A stretch of 63,563 nt of DNA, filler included, from Chrysochromulina tobinii (taxonomy: Eukaryota): assembly GCA_001275005.1 (NCBI GenBank). It is 6 parts of 6 records of this genome, joined end to end, with 100 filler letters (N's around TTAATTAATTAA, not from the genome) between each part and the next. Parts side by side here need not be neighbours in the genome. Positions count along the whole stretch, not along the records: positions 1 to 16,238 come from JWZX01000734.1; positions 16,339 to 25,623 come from JWZX01000735.1; 4 more parts are not named here. One strand, given 5' to 3'. A program made the position numbers and the translations under genes. Below the pieces are notes generated by a model. The model was given only the letters and a program-made list of their open reading frames with translations. It made no database searches and was not told the DNA's origin. Below, one piece after another: positions 8,501 through 17,706 of the stretch. Each line of letters starts with the position of its first letter. Position 1 is the first letter of the stretch.

Positions 8501-10970
8501 AGTTACGCGCGCCGTGGTGAGCGTGGGCGTGGGAGTTGCGCATCGGACATGTCGATAGCAATCAATGGCAATCAATAGCAATCAACGGCCATCAATGGCA
8601 ATCAATGGCAATCAACGGCAATCAATAGCAATCAACGGCCATCAACGGCCATCAATGGCCATCAACGGCCATCAACGGCCATCAATGGCCATCAACGGCG
8701 GATCAACAGCAATCAATAGAAATCAACGGCCATCAATGGCCATCAATGGCCATCAACGGCGGATCAACAGCAATCAATAGAAATCAACGGCCATCAATGG
8801 CAATCAACGGCGGATTAACGGCAGACCCGCGATCTTGAACGAAAGTCACCGAGCTGTTGCCGAGGCCATCAACGGCACTCAATGGCTACTCAATGGCAAA
8901 ATCACTTGCAGTCAACGGCAGTCAACGGCAATCAATGGCAATTGCAATCACTTGCAGTCAACGGCAGTCAACGGCACTCAAGGGCAATTGCAATCACCAG
9001 CACGAGAGCGATCGAGCAGTTGCCAAGGAAGGCTGAGTTGGCAACCTTCTCCATGAACCCAGGCTCCGCCGAGGGCTGTGAAAGCTTCTTAGAGGAGGCC
9101 GTTGCGTCCATCTCCGCAGCGCGCTTCTCCATCTCCGCGGCGGCCAGGTCGACGCGGCCGAGCTGCGTGAACTCCTCGAAGAGGACGGCGAGGAAGAGGT
9201 TGCGCACCTGTGGGGAAGAGAGAGGGCGCCGTGGTGAGCACGTGCATGCAGGGCGCGTGCACGGGCAGGAGGTGGTGACTCACGAAGCAGCCCGAGATGA
9301 TGATGACGCCGAGGTAGTAGAGGACCACCTGATGAGGGAGGCGATTGAGAGGGTCATCAGACGTGATGAGGGAGGCGATTGAGAGGGTCATCAGACGTGA
9401 TGAGGGAGGCGATTGAGAGGGTCATCAGACGTGATGAGGGAGGCGATTGAGAGGGTCATCAGACGTGATGAGGGAGGCGATTGAGAGGGTCATCAGATGG
9501 GTCCTCGAAGGGACACATGAGTGGCCATCAAACGCCTTCGGTCCAGGCCATCAGAGGTCATCAGAGGCCATCAGAGATCATCAGAGATCATCAGAGGCCA
9601 TCAGAGGCCATGCCTTCAGAGGCCATCAGAGGCCATCAGAGGTCATCAGATGCCACCAGTGGTCATCAGAGGTCATCAGTGGCGCTCGTACAAGGCTCGA
9701 GCCGGTGTAGTCCATGAGCGCAAACATCGAAGTCTCCCAAGTGTCCCACGTGGACGTTTGCATCAGCGTGACCGAGGCCATGAGCACGCTGTCGTAGGAC
9801 ATCATGTTGTTGAACGGCTGTGACTCGAAATACGCGCACGTCTGGTCCGCTTCGCACATATCGCCCTCCGGATTGCAGGCAACTTCAGTGTCGAAGTCGG
9901 CTTCGTCAGAGACGCCCGGCTTGAAGCCCTTGAGCGCGCACCTGCATGCAATGAGGGAGCCCATCAGCTGAGTTGGCCAATTAGGGACGCCTGGCTCTGC
10001 ATGCAATGAGGGAGCCCATCAGCTGAGTAGGCCAATTAGGGACGCCCGGCTCTGCATGCAATGAGGGAGCTCATCAGCCGAAAAGGCCAACGACAGCCGT
10101 CCAAAGCGCCGTCTCGAGCGCTCGCACCGGTAGTGGAGCATGCCATCAGCAATCAGGCGCAATCATGCGCAATCAGGTGCAATCAGGCGCAATCAGCAAT
10201 CAACAATCAGGCGCAATCAGCAATCGGACGCACCGGTAGTGGAGCATGCCCTGGAAGAGCTCCATGCCCACGATGCCGAAGACGACGAACACGAAGATGA
10301 AGAGCATCGTCACGTTGCCAAGCTTCGGAATCACGTCCATGATGCCCTCGACGATCACCTTGAGGCCGGGGATGATCTTCATCGCGCGGAGCGCACGGAA
10401 TGCGCGGAGCGCTCGGAGCGAGTTGACGTTCGGCAGGTCGATGCCCGTCAGCAGGATCGGCGCCCACGCGCACGACACCACCACGAAGTCAAGTTGGCAC
10501 CATCCATCGTGCAGATAGCAGTTCTTGTTGCCGATGATGCCGTACGCCAGCATCTTGAGGAGCATCTCGACCGTGTAGGCGTACAGGAAGAAGACTTCCA
10601 GCTGATCAATGAAATCCGCCTTCCACGTGCCGGGTGGGTCCATCGGAGACTCCCACGCCATCACGCTCACGTTGAGCAGGATCACCATTAGGATCAACGG
10701 ATCGAACCACCAAGTGTTGATGAACTCAATCGCCCAATTGCGCGGGATCATGTCCGGCTTCAGGCAAAGGAGCGACACGCCATTCGGATCATAGGTGCGG
10801 CCATCGGGCCTAATGATCTCGACCGGCTGTACAAAGCCAGAACCCTTGGGCGTCTTCGGCGCCGCACCCTTGCCGCCAGGCGCCGCACCCTTGCCGCCAG
10901 GCGGTGAGGGCGGCTTGCTTGGTGGTTTCTTTGCATCGGTCGGCGGCGACTTTGGATCCTTGGGTGCCAT
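2502..10970 (-). CDS. Four-domain voltage-gated cation (Cav/Nav family) channel alpha subunit, 19 exons, about 1404 aa
   Basis: Exons read by hand: 10970-10234, 9941-9692, 9328-9284, 9207-8998, 8474-8428, 8319-8236, 7863-7683, 7544-7428, 7206-6939, 6709-6665, 6581-6458, 6223-6070, 5771-5439, 5270-5124, 4955-4412, 4236-3892, 3617-3397, 3120-2867, 2610-2502. They total 4215 nt with consistent phases; 17 introns are GT-AG and one is GC-AG. Four S4 segments (LRALRAFRALRAMK, LRMLRLLRIARALRLMK, LKSLRVLRALRPLR, LRVLRLLRIVRILRILK), four pore loops, NLFLAV/NIFIG/NLFIGA/NLMVAV S6 motifs and a C-terminal EF-hand-like WAELDP...PPPLG region. Confidence 0.93.
5798..6030. repeat. Intronic 12-bp microsatellite (GAGGCCATCAGA)n
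   Basis: Read directly; lies in channel intron 6069-5772. The sense-strand unit is TCTGATGGCCTC. Confidence 0.95.
9331..9497. repeat. Intronic 34-bp tandem repeat, 5 copies, each carrying an acceptor-like CCTCCCTCATC word on the sense strand
   Basis: gatgagggaggcgattgagagggtcatcagacgt starts at 9331, 9365, 9399, 9433 and 9467. Confidence 0.95.
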
Positions 10971-11228
10971 GCTGCTCCCAGCTGCTTAGCCTCGACTCGA
11001 GCTTTGTCTCGACCTCCGCGCGCACACGTCCCGCTGGGAGTGCACGAGATGAGAGAGAGTTGGCCGCCAAAACGCAGTTCGGATCGTCGCCCAAAATGAA
11101 ACATGATTTTTAGGGACAAAAACCGAAAAAAAGGACGAAACCCAAAACACTGACGAAACTAACAAGTCGATTACAGTCGACTGTACCCCACCACATTGTC
11201 TCACGTCGCCGCACATACGAAGGCGAAG

Positions 11229-13546
11229 CTACAATTCGATCGTCAGATCGATGATGATGGGCAGGTGATCGAGAAGGAGCACGGGCATCGTCTGCACACG
11301 AGCGACGCGCACACGCGCGGTGCCATCGTGGCGGCGCTCCGTCTGCATGTAGGCATGGTCCACTGTGACGCCGGTCCAGTGCGAAAAGCGCGGCGCGCCA
11401 TTCTGCTGATGGAAGGAGCCGCGCTCAACACCCGGCAGGTCGTTGACGTGGGCAAAGCCTGCCTTTTCCAGCAGCCCCGAGGGGCCGTGAACGCCGTCGT
11501 CGCCGCGCGCATTGCTACACATGTGGCCCTTTGTAGTCAGAAAGTGCCACTCCGAGGCCGAATACTCGCTTCGCCGCACCTCGCTAAAGTCGGTGGCGAA
11601 CAGTACGCCGAGTCGGGGGCTGCTCTGCGCGGCCAGATGGGCCCGCGTGCGGCAAGCCTCGAGCGCGCAGGCCACCTCGGCTGCACGCAACCCGCGCGAC
11701 GGGTCGCCCGAATGATGATTGCGGTGGTGTAGCTGCGTGACGATGAGTCCGAGCGTCGGTGCGTCCGCTGTGGGGCCGAGCGGCAGCTCAACGTACCGCG
11801 CCGAGCGTGTCTCGCCATCGGCCTGGACGACGGTCGCCTGAAATTCGCCGTCGAGTGCACACGAGCCGCCATCGAGCAGGGCGCACCGCGAGGCAATGAG
11901 CGCCGGGTTGTCGCCACCTGTCTTCACGGGCGTGCGCATCAGCAAGAAGCCCTCGTCGCGCAGCGCCTTGTCGAGCAGCGCCATCTGCTTGGCTGCCTCC
12001 GGACAGTTGCGCAGCTGCGACGGGGTCGAGGCGGGGGGGCACAGAGGGGCGCACCCGTCAGGTGACACACCGAGCAGGGTCCAGGCACGCACGCAGGCTT
12101 GTGTGGTTTTCGGCGCGTCCGCACCTTGGGCCTGTTGTTCGACGTGTTGGCCGTCTCTTGCAGTAGCAGCACGTCGGCGCAGGTCGAAAGCAGGAATCGA
12201 GCAATCACCGCCGCGTCGTGGCACGTCTTGTCCGTGCCCCACGCATGCGTGCGCGCACCGAGTAGGCCATTGAGGTTCCATTGGAGCACGCGCACCTTGG
12301 CGGCGCCGAGGGTGCGCGGATTCTGCTCGTGCAGCATCACATGCGGCGGCAGCGCTTCCCTTGGCGCCGAGAGCACGTCCTCCTCGAAGAGCGAGATGAT
12401 CTGCTCTCGAGGAAGATCAAGAGCGGGCTGCAGTGCGCCTCGCTGCAGATAGCTCGAGGTCACCACCACGGCTGGCGATCGATTGGCTTGCTGGGCTCCC
12501 TCGCCCTCGTTTTGAGAGAGCCCCATGCTCCTCTTGCTCAGACGCATGAGCCACAGCAAGAGCATCAGCGAGAGCACCGCAAACAAAAAGGCAACGATCA
12601 TCACGGGCCGCATCGGCCAGTGATCGTCGTCGTCGGAGATTTGGACGGCTGGAAGCTCGTCGTGCGACCTGCGGGCGGCTCGCTTGAGAGAGGCCTGGAA
12701 GCTGCTTCCGATCTCGCGCTTCATGTCATCTAGCTGGCCACCTAGCTTCTGGATGGCGGACACGGCGCTCGCCGACGCGACGGCCGTGGTGGCACTGGCA
12801 CGCTCGAGCTGTCGGCTGGCAAACCTCGCTGCGCTCGCCGAAGCGTCGGCCACGGTGTGGCTGGCACGTCCGAAAGTCACTTGTACGCTGCTTCCGATCT
12901 CGCGCGTCTTGCCACCTAGCTCGAGGACGGCGGTACAGGCGCTCGCCGAAGCAACGGCAATAGTGTGGCTGGCACGCTCGAGCTGTCGGCTGGCAAACTT
13001 TGCCGCGCTCGCCGAAGCGTTGGTCACGGCACGACTGGCACGTCCGGCGAGCCTCGCCGCGCTCGCTGATGCGACTGCCATGTTGTGATTGGCGTGCCCG
13101 AGCTGTCGACGGGCAAACCTCGCCGCGCTCGCCGATGCGACGGCCATGGTGTGATTGGCGTGCTGGCGGGCGAATTTGTAAGCGCTCACCGTTGCGATGG
13201 CCATGTTGTCACTGGCGTGCCCAAGCTGTCGGCCGGCAAACCTCGCTGCGGAGGGCAGCTTTCGGAACGGCCAGGTGGCCGCCCACATCATAAAGTGGGT
13301 GAGCTCCAGAGCGAATGCAAGGACTGCATCGGAAGTGGTGGCCCACACGTACCCGACTTCACTGTTAAATGTGCGGACCGTGATTGAGAGCGCGTCGACG
13401 ATGGGATTACCTCCTCTGCTGAGGGCGCTGAGTACGAGTGACAGTGCGTCGGTGGGGTGGACTGCGCCGCTGCAGGCCACCTGGGCCACGGCGCTGCTGC
13501 GGTCGTCGCGGCTGGGCAAGAAGCGGGTCCACACGCTGCTCGTCAT
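11229..13546 (-). CDS. Membrane-anchored endonuclease/exonuclease/phosphatase (EEP) family protein with an N-terminal helical repeat region; 2 exons
   Basis: A GT-AG intron at 12124-12015 joins ORFs 13546-12125 and 12014-11229 in frame. EEP motifs: VRVLQWNL, ADVLLLQE, LFATDF, VDHAY, DHLPIIIDL. TM segment VMIVAFLFAVLSLMLLLWLM. Upstream ~21-aa repeats of the form FARRQLGHANHNMAVASASAA. Confidence 0.8.
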
Positions 13547-15415
13547 TCGCGGATTTGAGGTTCGCGGCGAGGTCGTGCGTAGGGCGTCGAAGTTCGCAAA
13601 AGCGGAGACGCAACCGGTGTGCGGGTGTACAAAGTCAACAGTCGTTGGGTTTCTAATAGGTTTCCTTCAATGGAGGAGCTGGTTTTGTCATTCGGTGTGA
13701 CTATAGAAGAGTGAGTGAGTTATTGAGACACAGACACACCGCGGAACAATACGGGGTACAGGTCGAGAAGTCGAGATACCTACTGAGGCTCATAGGGCAT
13801 CCCATAGCAGCACACGCAGCATGTATACAAGCTCGTGGCCATGTTTTGAATCCAACGGGTTCCTGTTCGGGCGTCGCTATGCTCTCTCACTCTCGCACTC
13901 ACTCACTCCTCACTACCAGTATAGAAGACCGCGACTTGACTTGACCTTTCGGTGTGGACTTTCGCCGCCTTTTTCCCAACTTCCCATGAGGAGGCTCGGG
14001 TCTTTGAAACCGCTGCGAAAAAAGTCTCCTTCGGGGCGTGGTCTCGACCTCTCGCGCTCCGTTGCCTCGCCGTGCCCAGCTGAGGCGTCATGACCGTTCT
14101 CACGTCGGGCTGAGCAGGTGGCACCTTGCAGGCTGTGTCAACGCTGTGCGCTGACGATCGAGCGACTTATTTTGGTGCTCGCTTCGAGATGGACGGTGCC
14201 GCAAACAATCAAGATCGGAGCCGGCTGTTTCTGGATGGGCAACCACCCGGCTCACTTTATGCGGGCTGCAGTGGTCGGTGGCGCACGCGTGCAGACGTGC
14301 CTTCGGCCGACCTCTCTGCAAGTGGGCCCGAGATTAGTCAGCCTGCACATTGACTTGCAGGCATGCGCCGGCTATGCTCCCGTACGCACCGTAGTGGAGA
14401 TGTGCACAGCAGCGGCAGAGTTTGGAGCTTCATCAGGCTGCTGATGGCTCTGGGATCGGCCTGTGGGATGTCCTCAACGGACCCGTGGTCGCTGACAGCA
14501 GCAGAGCACTCTCAGGCTTCGGCTTGACCGTGTCACATAGGGCTCTTGTGTGCATAATGTAGGTTTCCGGACTGCCAGTATGCGTCATACGTCGACCACT
14601 CTTCATCTTAGGATCGCACACCACTCTATAAGAGACACACCATCAAGAACAGGCGAGAGAATGTGTTTTGGAGCGCGACTTGTGGAGCTCTGTGGCCAAA
14701 CAGTTCACGGGTCGAAATTCGAGGCGAAGCCGGATTTCGATGCACATCTCCAAAGATCGCGAGACAGCACATAGCTGGAGGGCCATAGATGGAGTCTAGG
14801 GACTATATGGACTCATAAAACACAGAGAATCACGCCATCACAAGTCGCTCTGCATGGCCAAGTACCGAAATGCGACCAAAACGCGACCTCACGGGCCGTA
14901 CTCGGGGTCACAATGTGACATCTGAGTGGCAACAGTGACTCGGGATGGCGTGATTCACTGTGGAGAAAGAAATCGGGCGTCGTTTCACTCAAAAACACTC
15001 AAACCCGAGCCTCCTCATGCACAGTCTGTGAAGAGCCCATGAAGGGAGTCGGGCCTTGTCCCTCGTCCACGTGCGCGCGAACCGTCCCGCGTGCCCCTCA
15101 GTGTGGTGCCTCTGATTGCCCATCTTTGCCCACGAGTATTTTCAATGAATACACAAGGGGCTCCCAGCCCCTTGGAATACAACGAGTGCAACCTACGAGA
15201 GTGAGACCTGTGAGAGCAAAGAAGCAGAACATGCACGTCTGCAGTTCGATGCACATTTAGAGGTGTACATGTATGTCTCTAAATAGACTAGAACAGTTTC
15301 CGCCAACTTTTGGGGGGCTCTCCCTCTGTGAAACCGCCTATGCACAGTCTGTGAAGAGACCATGTGTGTCCTATTCACAGTTTACGTGGTGTTCATAAGA
15401 AAAGCACGTCGCCAA

Positions 15416-15956
15416 ATGGCGCATTGCCTCGCGACGATCGAGATCTTGGCCGGCGAGGAGCGCGAGCTCGCCGACTGCGCGCTCTCGCACGCAGCGTTGC
15501 GCGATCCGATTGTGGGCAGCGTGCGCCTCCTGCTCGATGGTCACCTGCTTTGCAGCCTGAACGCGGAGCGGCCGCAGCAAGCCGTGTGCATCTTGCTGCA
15601 GCAAGGCACGGCAATCCTGCGATGCGAGGGTGCGACCGGTGCCGCCGTGCATCTGCTCGGCCGCGCGGCCAACGCCTCCGCCGCATCGGTGAGCGCTGAA
15701 CGCGGCAGCGACCGTGTGGCTCGCAAGCGGCCGCAGCCGTCTCCGCCGTCGGGCGGGTCGACGGGTGGCGCGAGCAAGCGCACGCCGCGCCTGCGCTTCA
15801 ACCCGGAGGTGCTCGTCGCCGAGTACGTGCCCAAGCGAGGTGGGCCGAGCATGGGCATCTCGCCCGAGCGCGCGCTCGTCTCCCTCGACGAGATGGTGGC
15901 ACGCCAAGAGCAACGACGGCTCGAGGAGGCGGAGGCGGACGAGGACGACGAGGACT

Positions 15957-15987
<31 letters not shown>

Positions 15988-16238
15988 GTCGATGGAGGCG
16001 TTCGAGCAGATGATGCGACAGGGCGGCCCGACCGGCGCCAAGGGTGCGGCGCTCAGTGACGTGTATTCGAAGCTCGCCGAGCTGATTCTCAAGGAGCAGC
16101 AGCGGAAGCAGCAGCTGCCGATGGCGCCGGCGCCCGCACAGGCGGCACAGGCGGCGCGGCAGCAGCTGGAGGAGGAGGAGGAGGAGGAGGGCGAGGAAGA
16201 GGAGGGCGAAGAGGAGGAGGAGGAGGAGGAGGTCGACG
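15416..16238 (+). CDS. Acidic low-complexity hypothetical protein, 3' truncated by the contig end
   Basis: Open GC-rich frame from ATG 15416 to the linker, with D/E tracts. Confidence 0.6.
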
Positions 16239-16338
16239 NNNNNNNNNNNNNNNNNNNNNNNNNNNNNNNNNNNNNNNNNNNNTTAATTAATTAANNNNNN
16301 NNNNNNNNNNNNNNNNNNNNNNNNNNNNNNNNNNNNNN
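16239..16338. other. Artificial contig linker
   Basis: 44 N + TTAATTAATTAA (stops in all six frames) + 44 N. Confidence 0.99.
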
Positions 16339-17231
16339 TTGGCCTTGCGTTCTTCCCCCCGACCGGCCCCGCCGCCGTCGGACGCGCCAGTGTCCTCCTT
16401 CGCGCTGAGCACCGCGAGCTCGAGCCCCGCCCCCGTCGCGGCCTTCAGCTCGCGCACGACCACATCGAACGACGACTTCACGCGCGCCGCGTCGGAAAAG
16501 AGCACGGCCGCGACGCCCGCCTCGTCGCGCTGCTCGGCGACGGCGGGCTTCTCGATCGCGGCGTCGAGGTCGCCGACCGCCGCCTCGTACTTGGCCATGC
16601 CGTCCGCGTCGCCGCTCTTGATCACATTGAACACGCTCCCGTAGACCGACTGAAAGTCCTTGTTGCCCGCATCGATCGCCGTCTGGCACGCCTTGACCAT
16701 CGCCTTCGCCGCCTCCTCGCCCACGCCCTCGGTGCGCCTTTTAATCTCGGTGGCCATCACCTGATCCACCACGGCGAGCTGCGCACCCAGCGCGTCGACG
16801 GCCTCCTTGGAGTCTGGGGCGCGCGCCACGTTCAGCTCGAGGCCGTGCAGCAGGGCGCACGCTGCCTCGATGGCTTCGGTCTTGGCCAGTGTCTTAAAGG
16901 TATTGAGCGCCTCGGGCAGCTTGGCCGCGTGCTCGTCGTCGCCTTCCGTGGCCGCCGTCGACTTCATTGGGCCCAGCGCCTCGGCCGCCCTCTTTTGAAG
17001 CGGCCGGAGCGCTTCGGGCACCTCGGACCGGGCCTCGACCTCGCCAACCGGCGGCGTCTCGCCCTGCTTGGCCCCCTGCTCGAGCAGCCAGCGCCCCAGA
17101 TAGGTGAGCGGCCATTTTTCCGGCCGCGCGTCAGCCAGCGCATTGATGGCGGTGCTGAGAGCCGCCTCGAGCCTATCGCAGTGCTGGTCGACGAACGCAT
17201 TCCGCGCCTGCACGTCGCGTGCGGCGCGCAT
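16339..17231 (-). CDS. Hypothetical protein with an N-terminal Dpy-30/RIIa-like dimerisation motif, 3' truncated
   Basis: LEAALSTAINALADARPEKWPLTYLGRWLLEQ resembles the Dpy-30 motif. The frame is open to the linker. Confidence 0.6.
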
Positions 17232-17706
17232 CCGTCGACGCGCGGGAACAGATTCTCGGAGCCTGCCCTGCCTCACCGGTCCGGACCAACAGCGCCGGCT
17301 CACGACCGGCCCTTAAAATCGAAGATTTCACACAAAAACTGCCGAATCGAAGATGTCGGTTCATGATCACCCAATTATCACCGCACAATCTCTTGATTAG
17401 AACTTTCGAGGCTATTTTCAGACGAGGCGTCTTATCCCGCGATTGAATTATCTCCGAGTCAACAATAGCACAGGACCGCTGCGCGTGCGTCCGCCCCTCT
17501 CACAGCATGCCTTGCTTAGTTTTTTGGCATGCATTCACCGAGGCGATGACAACTTTTCTGGACCTTTCCGTTACACGCTCCTGCCCCGGAAACCGCTCTT
17601 GCGACCGGGGCTCCACTTGAACAAGGTAACCCTCCGGCCCGCTTGCTTGCGGGCCCTCCTGGCGCCCCTAGCTGGTGGCCCGTTCAACGGCAGGGGGCCC
17701 ATCTCC

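Noticed and set aside
2648..10300. ORFs with AIREAIRE, VISGHQ, MASLMASL, GAVVSTCMQ or MQVLTT peptides
   Set aside because: They are translations of intronic microsatellites and cassettes, or antisense shadows of the channel exons.
13700..15000. Short ORFs as transposase or reverse transcriptase remnants that could mobilise the intron cassettes
   Set aside because: I recognised no DDE, YxDD or HUH motif here or elsewhere in the window, so no enzyme for the intron system is identified.
16239..16338. TTAATTAATTAA flanked by N runs (five occurrences) as a biological repeat
   Set aside because: It is an identical 100-nt artificial linker. ORFs ending in X...LIN or X...N are artefacts, and gene neighbourhoods across linkers mean nothing.
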